From an uncultured Eubacteriales bacterium (GTDB lineage: Bacteria > Bacillota > Clostridia > Christensenellales > CAG-138), in contig ONLX01000025.1 of assembly GCA_900318765.1 (NCBI GenBank), forward strand, positions 1-57,447: DNA of 57,447 bases, given 5' to 3'. Position numbers and translations under genes: made by a program. Below, one piece after another: positions 10,168 through 19,146 of the stretch. Numbering within the stretch: the stretch's first letter is position 1; each line of letters opens with the position of its first letter. The notes beneath the pieces are model-generated. The model did not search any database and was not told the origin of the DNA. It was given only the letters and a program-made list of their open reading frames with translations.

Positions 10168-10196
10168 TTGAAAAACCTATCCGATTTGGGTACAAT
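10168..10196 (+). promoter_or_regulatory. Sigma-A promoter TTGAAA-17-TACAAT
   Basis: Upstream of AAAGGAG and ATG 10226. Confidence 0.6.
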
Positions 10197-10225
10197 AGCA
10201 TCGAAAGCATGAAAGGAGAATCATC

Positions 10226-10519
10226 ATGGAAGAAGAACGGGATCTTGTCACCTTTGTGGATGATGAAGGAAACGAGTTTGATTTGGAAGTTATCGACTAT
10301 TTTATGCATAACGACAAGGAATACGGCGTTTTGATTGATCCGGATCTGGAGGACGACGCGGAGTATTTCGAAGTTTGCATTATGGAGATCGTGCAGCACG
10401 AAGAAGAAGACCTTGAGGAGTTCCTCCCGGTTGAGGATGAGGCGCTGCAGGAAGAGCTGCTGAAAATCGCCGAAGAGCGCATGGCCGCTTGGGACGAAGA
10501 AGCGGACGAAGAGGAATAA
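10226..10519 (+). CDS. DUF1292 domain protein (small, acidic)
   Basis: VTFVDDEGNEFDLEVIDYF..KEYGVL pattern; very acidic; strong RBS. Confidence 0.85.
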   Translation: MEEERDLVTFVDDEGNEFDLEVIDYFMHNDKEYGVLIDPDLEDDAEYFEVCIMEIVQHEEEDLEEFLPVEDEALQEELLKIAEERMAAWDEEADEEE

Positions 10520-10533
10520 AATCCAAGCAGAAC

Positions 10534-10570
10534 AAAAAGGCTGTTTCCCAATGTGGGAAACAGCCTTTTT
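10534..10570. terminator. Bidirectional intrinsic terminator
   Basis: AAAAAGGCTGTTTCCCA-ATG-TGGGAAACAGCCTTTTT between convergent genes. Confidence 0.85.
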
Positions 10571-10573
10571 CGG

Positions 10574-12361
10574 TTATTCGGCAAGCTGCTGCGCAAGGCG
10601 CAGCTTTTTGTATGCCCCGTCTTTCGCCATCAGCTCGGCATGCGTTCCGATCTCAAGAATCCGCTCGCCCTCAATCACAGCGATGCGCGAGGCGTTCCGG
10701 ACCGTCGATAGCCGATGCGCGATGATGATCCCGGTGCGCCCCTTGCTCAAAGCATCCAGGCTCGCCTGAATGCGCTGCTCGGTCACGGAATCGAGCGCGC
10801 TCGTTGCCTCATCCAGAATCAGAATCGGCGGATTCTTCAGGAACACACGCGCAATGCTGATGCGCTGCTTCTGCCCGCCCGAGAGCATCACGCCTCGTTC
10901 ACCGATGTAGGTATCGTAGCCGTCCGGCATCTGCATGATTTCCTCATGGATTTCCGCCTTGATCGCCGCCTCCGCGACCTCCTCATCGGTCGCATCCGGT
11001 CTGCCGTAGCGAATGTTCTCGCGCACGGTTCCCGCAAACATGAACACGTCCTGCTGAATGATGCCGATCGCGCGGTGCAGGCTGTCCTGCGTGACGCTGC
11101 GCACGTCGTTCCCGTCCACGCGGATGCTGCCCGCCGTCACGTCATAAAAGCGCGGCAGCAGGTGGCACAGCGTCGTCTTGCCGCCGCCGGAAGGTCCGAC
11201 GAGCGCGAGGCTTTCCCCGGGTTGAATCACCAGATTGATGTCCGAAAGCACTTCGGGGCCGGTGCTGTACCGGAACGAAACATTCTCATACCGAATTTCG
11301 CCGCGCACATTCTCCAATACCTTCGCGTCCGGCGCGTCCTGAATCTCCGGCTCGGTTCGCATGATATCCAGAAATCGTTCAAACCCCGCCGCGCCCTGCG
11401 TATACTGCTCCATGAACATTACGAGTTTCCGAAGCGGTGACAGGAACGCGGAGACGTACAGCGTAAACGTAATCAGGTCAATGTAATCCATCCGTCCGAG
11501 CATGATCAGCAATCCGCCGACGCCGATGACAATCACCTGCAATACGCCCGTCGAGAACTCCATGCCGCTCTGAAACCGGCCCATCGCCTTATAGTATTCC
11601 CGCTTGGCCGTTTTGAAAATGCCGTTTGCCTGATCGAACTTTCTGCCCTCTTCGTCTTCATTCGCAAACGCTTTGGCGGTGCGAACGCCGCTGATTCCGC
11701 TTTCGATTGCCGCATTGATCTCAGCCGTCTTTTTCCGCACCTCAACGGACGCGTTGCGCATGGACTTGCGCTGTGCGATCGTGAACCACATCAGAAGCGG
11801 CAGAATCACCGCAATCACGAGCGCGAGCTCCCATCGGATGAAAAACATCACGCCGAGTGCGCCGATGATCGTGAGACTGCAAATCAGAAGGTTCTCCGGT
11901 CCGTGGTGCGCGAGCTCGGTGATGTCGAACAGATCATTCGTCACGCGCGACATCAGTACGCCGGTGCGATTCTTGTCAAAGAACGAAAAGCTGAGGTTCT
12001 CGATGTGCGTGAACACATCCTTGCGCATATCCGCTTCAACGAGAACGCCCATGCCGTGCCCGACCACGATGATGATATAGTGCAGCACACCCTTCAGAAG
12101 GTACGCCGCGATCAGCGCGCCGATCACGGCAAAGAACGCTCCGAACAGCCGCTCGGGCAGCAAAACCTGCATCGATCGGCGCGAGATAATCGGAAAGATC
12201 AGATCGACGATCGATACCGCCGCTGCGCAAAGCATATCGATGGTGAACGGTTTCCAGTGCGGACGAAAATAGGACAGAAACACCGCAAGCGCATTTTTCG
12301 AAAAATCCTTCGGCTGCTGCGCTTTCGATGCTGCAAAACTACGGCGGTGCAAGCGTTGCAT
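10574..12361 (-). CDS. ABC exporter, fused permease/ATP-binding (Sav1866/MsbA type)
   Basis: 6-TM domain, GPSGGGKT, LSGGQKQR, ILILDEATSALD; start probably 12361. Confidence 0.92.
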   Translation of the reverse strand: MQRLHRRSFAASKAQQPKDFSKNALAVFLSYFRPHWKPFTIDMLCAAAVSIVDLIFPIISRRSMQVLLPERLFGAFFAVIGALIAAYLLKGVLHYIIIVVGHGMGVLVEADMRKDVFTHIENLSFSFFDKNRTGVLMSRVTNDLFDITELAHHGPENLLICSLTIIGALGVMFFIRWELALVIAVILPLLMWFTIAQRKSMRNASVEVRKKTAEINAAIESGISGVRTAKAFANEDEEGRKFDQANGIFKTAKREYYKAMGRFQSGMEFSTGVLQVIVIGVGGLLIMLGRMDYIDLITFTLYVSAFLSPLRKLVMFMEQYTQGAAGFERFLDIMRTEPEIQDAPDAKVLENVRGEIRYENVSFRYSTGPEVLSDINLVIQPGESLALVGPSGGGKTTLCHLLPRFYDVTAGSIRVDGNDVRSVTQDSLHRAIGIIQQDVFMFAGTVRENIRYGRPDATDEEVAEAAIKAEIHEEIMQMPDGYDTYIGERGVMLSGGQKQRISIARVFLKNPPILILDEATSALDSVTEQRIQASLDALSKGRTGIIIAHRLSTVRNASRIAVIEGERILEIGTHAELMAKDGAYKKLRLAQQLAE

Positions 12362-12380
12362 CAAAATTCCCAATAACCTT

Positions 12381-13940
12381 TCAATCAAAATCCGGTTCGA
12401 CCGAGTACGTGTTCTGCGAATGGTCGTAAAGCATCTGTTTGCGGAGCAATTCATATCGGATCGCGTAATTGCTGTCGCCATGTCGTTTCCAGCGCCATTC
12501 GTTCTGGGTCGGATCCTTGGCGGTCGTGTTGATGACGCAGTCCGGTACAATCGACTGCATCACGGCAATCTGATCCTCCGGAATCGGATTGCGTGAGATC
12601 CAGAGCCGCTCCAGTTTGGTCAGGCCGTACAGCGGCGAAAGATCGGTAATCTGATTCATGCAAAGGTTCAGATGCTTCAGCTCGGTACAGGCGGCGAGCG
12701 GGGAAATATCCGCAATCTTCCCGTTGAACAGCTCGCAGTATTCGAGCTTTTTGCAGTTCTCAATGCCCGAAATATCCGTTACCTTCGCGGGCGAAACGAT
12801 GCAGACCTCCAAATTGGGCATGTATGCCACAACATAGGGATGCGTAATGTTGCTGTGCCCGAGATCCATGTACTTCATCTCGTTGCAATAGACGAGCGCC
12901 TTCAAGTCGTCGTCGTTGAGCTTGCGATGCGAAATATAGTTGGAAAAGCGGATCATCAGCGCATCGGTGCGGCAGGAGTACGGTCCGACCTTCACGCGCC
13001 AAACGATCTTCGGCGTCGGAAACTCCTCCCGGAGGGCAGCCATCTGTTCATCCGGGATCTGGCAGTTCTCCATATCGAGCCGCTGCACATTTCTCAGGTA
13101 CGGCAGCAGCGCGCGCAGCTCCTCGATCTGATGGTTCAGAGGCGTATTGTTGAGGTCCACAACCGCATCGGTAAGCGAAAACGTCTTCCGAAACGCCGTA
13201 ACGCGATAGTCAACGCGAAGCGACTCCCGCACAGCCTGCAATATGCCGACGTCTTTCAGCGTCCAATCGGTCGCGCCGTCCTTCGGATTCAGCGAAACGT
13301 CGTTAAGCTCGGGCAGGGCCGCAAGCCCCTCGGCAAGCGCCTCCGCCTGCTCGGGCGGATACGCGGTAAGGTCCAGCTCCGTCGTATCGTTCTGCACGGT
13401 CATCCCGGCAAACGATACCGCGTAATGCAGCTCCCCTTGCGGCATCGCGAGCAGCAACGCCTTTGCATCGGCAGGCGTCATCGGTTCGGTTACGGTCAGC
13501 TCGGTCAGCCTCGGAAGATAGCGCAGAAGGGTCGGATCGGGAACGGAAGCGACCGTCGCCTGCTCGGTATCCGCGGTCAAAAGACTGCCCCCGATTGGCA
13601 CCGTGTAACGAACCTCCACCGTCGGGTGCGCATCGCGATACGCCGCGATCCGCTCAAAGCAGGTGCTGCCCGAAAGATCCAACGTTTCAAGGTTTGGGAA
13701 GGTCTCGATCAGGGCAAAATCCGCCTCGATCGCAACGAGTTGCAGCGATGTCTCTTCGCCGGTATAGGCCCCTCCGTCCAGCAGAATCGGGGTCGGTGCA
13801 GGCGTCGGCGCTTCCGTTGCGGCGGCAAGCGGTTCCTGCTCCGGGCTCTGTAAAGCGGTCCGGCATCCGAACAGCGACGCAGCCGCAAGAATCGCCGCGC
13901 CGATCCACGCGATCCGGATTCCCTTTGCGCCGTTGTTCAT
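12381..13940 (-). CDS. Leucine-rich repeat lipoprotein
   Basis: Signal with lipobox LFGC, ATEAPTPAPTP linker, repeated LxxLxLxxNxIxDLxPL units. Confidence 0.82.
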   Translation of the reverse strand: MNNGAKGIRIAWIGAAILAAASLFGCRTALQSPEQEPLAAATEAPTPAPTPILLDGGAYTGEETSLQLVAIEADFALIETFPNLETLDLSGSTCFERIAAYRDAHPTVEVRYTVPIGGSLLTADTEQATVASVPDPTLLRYLPRLTELTVTEPMTPADAKALLLAMPQGELHYAVSFAGMTVQNDTTELDLTAYPPEQAEALAEGLAALPELNDVSLNPKDGATDWTLKDVGILQAVRESLRVDYRVTAFRKTFSLTDAVVDLNNTPLNHQIEELRALLPYLRNVQRLDMENCQIPDEQMAALREEFPTPKIVWRVKVGPYSCRTDALMIRFSNYISHRKLNDDDLKALVYCNEMKYMDLGHSNITHPYVVAYMPNLEVCIVSPAKVTDISGIENCKKLEYCELFNGKIADISPLAACTELKHLNLCMNQITDLSPLYGLTKLERLWISRNPIPEDQIAVMQSIVPDCVINTTAKDPTQNEWRWKRHGDSNYAIRYELLRKQMLYDHSQNTYSVEPDFD

Positions 13941-14073
13941 GCCCGTTCCCCTCGTTTCGTATGATTGTATAGTATATCACAAAAGAACAACAAAAAGGAA
14001 TCCCCTTTCCGGGAATTCCTCTCGCATTTTTGTAAAAACCGGCGGCAAAGTGTATGTCGTTGCCTTGCTGCGA

Positions 14074-14757
14074 TCAGAGATCCGCGCCGTCAAACGCGCG
14101 AACGGAACGGCGGAACGTCCATTCGCTGCTCGCCGCAAAGATTCCGATGCAAACGACCAGAAAGATTCCCTGCGTCAGCCACTCCTCGACACAGGTGGGG
14201 TAGCGATCCAGATGCGTTTCGATCCAGGAAAAAGCCGGAACGAATTCCTGCGCGGCATTTGCGGCGATCATGACGCCGTCAAATACGATGATCCACGCAA
14301 AGCAGAGCACCGCGGAGATCAGAAAGTTTCTTCCGTTCTTCGTCGGATTCCGATAGAATTTCGGCAGGAACGATGCATTGAACAACGAGAACAGCACGAA
14401 CAGCCCGCCGAGCAGCGAAAGCGTCGCATCGACACCTGCAGGGTTCCCCTCGGGGAACATCGCATGGTTGACGAACATCAGCGGTACGCACAGCACCACG
14501 AGCGCAAGCTGCACGAGAAGCATAAACCACAGCTTTCCGCGCACCGCGTCTTTTTTGGAGACCGGCAGCAGCAGCGTGAACAGCGTATCGTTGTCGGCAA
14601 TCGACTGCGTGAACGAATAGAACAGCCCGTTGCAGATGAAGAAGCCCATGATCGTATAGGGATAGCTCGGGATCAGCAGCATCAGAACAAACAGGAAAAA
14701 GATCAGCACAAGCGGCTGCATGCAGAGCCGAAATTCCTTATAAAGCAGTTTGCTCAT
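14074..14757 (-). CDS. ABC-2 type transporter permease
   Basis: LLYKEFRL start, LLPVSKKDAVRGK motif, about 6 TM segments; overlaps the ATPase gene. Confidence 0.85.
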   Translation of the reverse strand: MSKLLYKEFRLCMQPLVLIFFLFVLMLLIPSYPYTIMGFFICNGLFYSFTQSIADNDTLFTLLLPVSKKDAVRGKLWFMLLVQLALVVLCVPLMFVNHAMFPEGNPAGVDATLSLLGGLFVLFSLFNASFLPKFYRNPTKNGRNFLISAVLCFAWIIVFDGVMIAANAAQEFVPAFSWIETHLDRYPTCVEEWLTQGIFLVVCIGIFAASSEWTFRRSVRAFDGADL

Positions 14758-15601
14758 GTTCCCCCTCCTGTTCCGTATAAATCATGATGGATTCGAGATC
14801 CGCCGGAGCGGTTTTCAATCCCTGCACCCGGTCCCGGTTCTCTGCGCGGATCAATCCCGTAAACCCGAACGCATTCGGCTTATAGCCCACCAGAATAGGC
14901 TTCAACGCGTCGAGCCACTCGCGGTCTCCGGAGACCAGAAGGTAGGCATTCCGGAACGATTCCACATCGCAGGTCGCCAGAATCTTCCCGCCGTGAATGT
15001 ACGTAATATCATCTGCGCACTTTTCGAGATCGGAGATGATATGCGTCGAAAACAGGATGCTGCGCGTCCTGTCCTCGATGACCGTGCGGAACACGTCCAA
15101 TAGGTCATCCCGCGAAACCGGATCCAGGCCGCTCGTCGGTTCATCGAGGATCAACAGCAAAGCGTTGTGCGACAGCTCCAGTGCCAACGCATACTTGACC
15201 TTCATACCGGCGGACAGCTCACTGACCTTTTTGTCCTCCTCCAGGCGGAAGCGCTTCAGATACCCGCGATACGCGTCCTCATCCCAGGAAGGATAGAACC
15301 GCTTCGTCACCTCGGTGATCGTCTTCAGCGTCGATTTTTTGTAGCAATCGAATTCGCCCATGACAAATCCGATCTCGCCCTTGCAAAGCGTCTCGTTCTT
15401 TGTAAAATCGCGACCGTTGATCCAGACCTCGCCCGCATCCTTGTGCACGAGATTCAGCATCGTTTTCATCGTCGTCGATTTGCCTGCGCCGTTTCTGCCG
15501 ATAAACCCCATTATTCTTCCGGGCTCCAGGGAAAACGAAACATGATCCAGCGTGAACCGCTCATAGCGCTTGGTCAGCCCGCGCACCTCCAGCAAACTCA
15601 T
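14738..15601 (-). CDS. ABC transporter ATP-binding protein
   Basis: GRNGAGKST, LSAGMK, LILDEPTSGLD, STH. Confidence 0.92.
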   Translation of the reverse strand: MSLLEVRGLTKRYERFTLDHVSFSLEPGRIMGFIGRNGAGKSTTMKTMLNLVHKDAGEVWINGRDFTKNETLCKGEIGFVMGEFDCYKKSTLKTITEVTKRFYPSWDEDAYRGYLKRFRLEEDKKVSELSAGMKVKYALALELSHNALLLILDEPTSGLDPVSRDDLLDVFRTVIEDRTRSILFSTHIISDLEKCADDITYIHGGKILATCDVESFRNAYLLVSGDREWLDALKPILVGYKPNAFGFTGLIRAENRDRVQGLKTAPADLESIMIYTEQEGEHEQTAL

Positions 15602-15917
15602 AGTTCCTCCATAACGTCGTACAATGATTTCCGGATCCCGCGAATGGAGCCCGGATCGGATGATCGGATGCCCATCGCACCGATGTATCCGATTTTACCA
15701 TGATTATAGGTGTGAACGCAAGTCTTGTCCACCAAAGAAACCGAACATTTTCGATCGTAATTTGTTTCGTTTCGTTGCGCTCTGCCAAAAAACGTCCTCT
15801 GCAAAAAGTCGTATTTTTCTGCATTGCAAAACTTGTCAAACGCGAAAAAACGTGGTAAAATCAATAGGACGAATGCAAATAGCATACGCACGAATGACAT
15901 ACGCAGGAGGAACACCC

Positions 15918-16292
15918 ATGGGCAAATTTGAAGTGAAGCAGGTTAAGTCCGGTTATCAATTCAATCTGAAGGCCGGAAACGGCGAAATCATCGCCGTCAG
16001 CGAAGTTTACACCACCGAATCGGCATGTCTGAACGGCGTGGAGAGCATCCGTAAGAATGCCCCCGAAGCACCGGTTGAGGATCAGACCGTAGAAGGATTC
16101 GAGACGCTCAAGCATCCGAAGTTTGAACTGTACCTCGATAAGGCTGGCGAATATCGGTTCCGTCTCAAGGCAAAGAACGGCGAAATCATTGCCACGGGCG
16201 AGGGCTACAAAGCAAAGGCGGGCTGCCTGAACGGGATTGACAGCATCAAGCGCAACGCGCCGGAATCCCCGGTGGTCAAGGTCGAAGAGTAA
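15918..16292 (+). CDS. yegP: YegP family protein (tandem DUF1508)
   Basis: Two FxLKAxNGEIIA..Y repeats; AGGAGG RBS. Confidence 0.88.
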   Translation: MGKFEVKQVKSGYQFNLKAGNGEIIAVSEVYTTESACLNGVESIRKNAPEAPVEDQTVEGFETLKHPKFELYLDKAGEYRFRLKAKNGEIIATGEGYKAKAGCLNGIDSIKRNAPESPVVKVEE

Positions 16293-16304
16293 GCCAAAAC
16301 GATG

Positions 16305-16340
16305 CGAACCGTCTCCTTTTTGGGAGACGGTTCGTTTTTT
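16305..16340. terminator. Intrinsic terminator
   Basis: CGAACCGTCTCC..GGAGACGGTTCG followed by a T-run. Confidence 0.8.
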
Positions 16341-16344
16341 GTTG

Positions 16345-16581
16345 TCAGTCAAATCTCCGGATCACGCGATAGCCGTCCGTTGTACATTCCGCAACCTGTT
16401 CGGCATCCCGATCCAGAATCGGAAAGCACGGATCATCCGCCGCGTAGCGCACGCACGTTCCGCAGCTGGACGAAAGCGCGCGCGGCACCGGCTGCATCAC
16501 GGCTTCGATGCCGTTTTTCGTCAGCGCGCGATGGGTCAAAAGCGCTGCCGCATGGGTATAGAAGGTCGCAATATAGATCAT
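16345..16581 (-). CDS. DUF3343 protein (putative Se/S carrier)
   Basis: IATFYTHAAAL and PVPRALSSSCG motifs; ATGA overlap with the sirA-like gene. Confidence 0.85.
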   Translation of the reverse strand: MIYIATFYTHAAALLTHRALTKNGIEAVMQPVPRALSSSCGTCVRYAADDPCFPILDRDAEQVAECTTDGYRVIRRFD

Positions 16582-16784
16582 TTCGAAAGCAGAATCCGAT
16601 AATCGCCTTCCGCAGTCTCCTCGGTCTTTACGGCATACCCCTGTGACGACGCAAACCGTTGGATGTTGTAAACCGCCGTCATATGGTCGGCCAGCACTTC
16701 AAGCGTTTTCGGCGCATTCGCCTTCACTTCCCGCTGCACGGCAAGCACCGGCATCGGGCAATTCAATCCGCGTACATCCAGCAT
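16578..16784 (-). CDS. TusA/SirA (YedF-like) sulfur/selenium transferase
   Basis: LDVRGLNCPMPV (CPxP) motif, 68 aa. Confidence 0.88.
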   Translation of the reverse strand: MLDVRGLNCPMPVLAVQREVKANAPKTLEVLADHMTAVYNIQRFASSQGYAVKTEETAEGDYRILLSK

Positions 16785-16785
16785 A

Positions 16786-17868
16786 TCAATTCCTCCTTTT
16801 GGTATTCATCAAAGAGACAACGAGCAGCACCGCAAAGCCCGCAATCAGAACGCCGAGCACCGGACCGCTGCCGATGCCGGTCGCCGAAGACGCCAGTCCG
16901 AAGTTGTGCGAAACCGCAGCGCCCGCCATGAAGCCCAGGACCGTAACCGCGGAATCGCTGTTGCCTTCGCCGGCAAGCACAAGTTGCCGCAGCGGGCATC
17001 CGCCGAGCAGAACGCTGCCCCAACCGACCAGAACCATTCCGAGGAAGTTGAACACGCCGTCCGTATGCGCAACAGGCTGTCCCTCAAAGCCGAATTTGAA
17101 GTTGCCGGTGATCAGGTTTCCGATGAGTACAGCCACAAGAATCGAAACAAAGCCGAGCACGAGATGGAAGTCCTTGAACAGCACAACGTCGCGAATGCCG
17201 CCCGCCATGCAAAGGCGCGAACGCTGGCACAGCGCGCCGACGACGAGCGCGATTCCGAACGCAATCAGCCACGGTGCACGCATGCTGCCGGGGCCGCCGG
17301 TGCTCTTTGCAAACAGATCCGAAACGAGCGAAATCGTGAACAGAATCGCGAGCAGGAACGGGAACACCAGCCCCTCAAGCGTATTCTGCCGGTACGCACG
17401 ATTCAAAGAGAATCCCTTTTTCAGCGGGATAACGCCGATCAGGATACCGACAATGAAGCCCGCCAATCCGATTACAGCGTTCAGATCGCCGCCTCCGATG
17501 CGGATCACCATGCGCAGCGGGCATCCGAGGAAGACCAGTGCGCCGATCATCACGAGCATGCCGAGAATGAAGCGCGTGATCGGTGACGATCCGCCCTGCG
17601 CACGCCATTCGCCGCGCAGCATCGCCATAATCATGGCGCCGAGTACGATACCGACGATCTCCGGACGGAAATACTGAACGACGCCCGCCTGGTGGAACTT
17701 CAGCGCACCCGTAATATCGCGCTCAAAGCATGCAATACAGAAACCCATGTTTTTCGGATTCCCGAGCCAGGAAAGCACCACCGCCGCTGCGCCGATCAGA
17801 AGTCCGGTCACAACGACAAGCCAATTGTCCTTCACAAAGCCCGCAAATCCTCTCTTCGTTTTCTCCAT
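16786..17868 (-). CDS. yedE: YedE-family putative selenium/sulfur compound transporter
   Basis: GNPKNMGFCIACF, two GCPLR motifs, QRSRLCMAGG. Confidence 0.9.
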   Translation of the reverse strand: MEKTKRGFAGFVKDNWLVVVTGLLIGAAAVVLSWLGNPKNMGFCIACFERDITGALKFHQAGVVQYFRPEIVGIVLGAMIMAMLRGEWRAQGGSSPITRFILGMLVMIGALVFLGCPLRMVIRIGGGDLNAVIGLAGFIVGILIGVIPLKKGFSLNRAYRQNTLEGLVFPFLLAILFTISLVSDLFAKSTGGPGSMRAPWLIAFGIALVVGALCQRSRLCMAGGIRDVVLFKDFHLVLGFVSILVAVLIGNLITGNFKFGFEGQPVAHTDGVFNFLGMVLVGWGSVLLGGCPLRQLVLAGEGNSDSAVTVLGFMAGAAVSHNFGLASSATGIGSGPVLGVLIAGFAVLLVVSLMNTKRRN

Positions 17869-17962
17869 TTTTATTCCTCCCTCCCGTTATCCGCTTGCAA
17901 GGATAACGTGATAATGATATAATACCATATAGAAGCGTTATTTGCAAGAGAGGATCACGAAA

Positions 17963-19102
17963 TTGTTCTTACCGGAAATTTACATGGACAATGCCGCAAC
18001 GTCGTTTCCGAAGGCAGACGGGGTTTCCGACGCGGTCAAACAGTATCTGGATACGGTCGGAGTCAATGTGGGCCGCAGCTCTTACGCGCGCTGCACGGAT
18101 GCAGGGATGACCGTGCTGTCCGTGCGCGAGCAGGTTGCCGACACGTTCGGCTGCTCCGATCTGAGGCGCGTCATCTTCACGGGTGGCTGTACCGCTGCGC
18201 TGAACATGGCGATCCAAGGGTATGTGCGGCCCGGCGATTCGGTTCTGATTTCCTCGATGGAACACAATGCGGTTCTCCGCCCGCTCGTAGCGCTGGGCTG
18301 TCGGCTGATCCGCATTCCTTCCGATTCGGACGGCTGTATGCGGCTCGATCGTCTGAATGTCGATTGGCGTGAGCTTCGGCTTTGCGTCTGCACCATGGCG
18401 TCCAATGTTTCGGGGACCCTTCAGGATACGGAAGCGCTCGCCGCGCTTGCCGAAAAACACGGTGTCCCGCTTGTGCTCGACGCGGCGCAGGCGGCAGGTC
18501 ATGTTCCGATCGATCTTAAGCAGCTGCACGCTGCCGCGCTCTGCATTCCCGCCCATAAAGGGCTGCGCGGACCGCAGGGGCTCGGGCTGATGCTGCTCTC
18601 CGAATCGTATGCAGACGCGCTGCAGCCGAGCGTATTCGGCGGAACCGGTTCGCAGTCGCACAGCGATCGGATGCCGCCGTTTCTCCCCGACCGGTTTGAG
18701 CCCGGCACGCTGAACCTCCCCGCAATCTATGGGCTCGGTGCCGCGATGCGTTCCTTCGATCCCGAGCGCGCACGCGTTCATGAGCTTGCCTTGATCCGAA
18801 GGTTCCTTGCGGGGGTGTGCGAGATTCCGAACATTCGTCTGCTCGGGCCGACGGATCCGAAAAAGCGGGTCGGCGTCTTTGCGATCGACTTTCTCACGAT
18901 CGATAACGCGGAAGCTTCCGCGCGGCTCGATGAATCGTTCCATATTCTGACGCGATGCGGGCTGCATTGCGCGCCGGAAGCGCATAAAACGCTCGGATCC
19001 TTTCCGCAGGGCGCCGTTCGATTCAGCTTTTCCCCCGCCACAACGGCGAACGAGATCGATGCCGCGCTCGCCGCGATCAAAGAGATTTCCGCACCGTCTT
19101 AA
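17963..19102 (+). CDS. Cysteine desulfurase / selenocysteine lyase family (class V PLP enzyme)
   Basis: YMDNAATSFPK, MEHNAV, DAAQ, PAHKG (PLP Lys), RCGLHCAP; TTG start 17963 after GAGAGG. Confidence 0.9.
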   Translation: MFLPEIYMDNAATSFPKADGVSDAVKQYLDTVGVNVGRSSYARCTDAGMTVLSVREQVADTFGCSDLRRVIFTGGCTAALNMAIQGYVRPGDSVLISSMEHNAVLRPLVALGCRLIRIPSDSDGCMRLDRLNVDWRELRLCVCTMASNVSGTLQDTEALAALAEKHGVPLVLDAAQAAGHVPIDLKQLHAAALCIPAHKGLRGPQGLGLMLLSESYADALQPSVFGGTGSQSHSDRMPPFLPDRFEPGTLNLPAIYGLGAAMRSFDPERARVHELALIRRFLAGVCEIPNIRLLGPTDPKKRVGVFAIDFLTIDNAEASARLDESFHILTRCGLHCAPEAHKTLGSFPQGAVRFSFSPATTANEIDAALAAIKEISAPS

Positions 19103-19108
19103 TGCAGC

Positions 19109-19140
19109 AAAAAACATCCACCGGCCGGTGGATGTTTTTT
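19109..19140. terminator. Bidirectional terminator (perfect 32-bp palindrome)
   Basis: AAAAAACATCCACCGGCCGGTGGATGTTTTTT between convergent genes. Confidence 0.85.
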
Positions 19141-19146
19141 TGAACA

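Noticed and set aside
16345-19102. Selenoproteins (in-frame TGA) in the Se-linked cluster
   Set aside because: The motifs contain Cys codons; the TGA stops end full-length proteins or overlap the next ATG.
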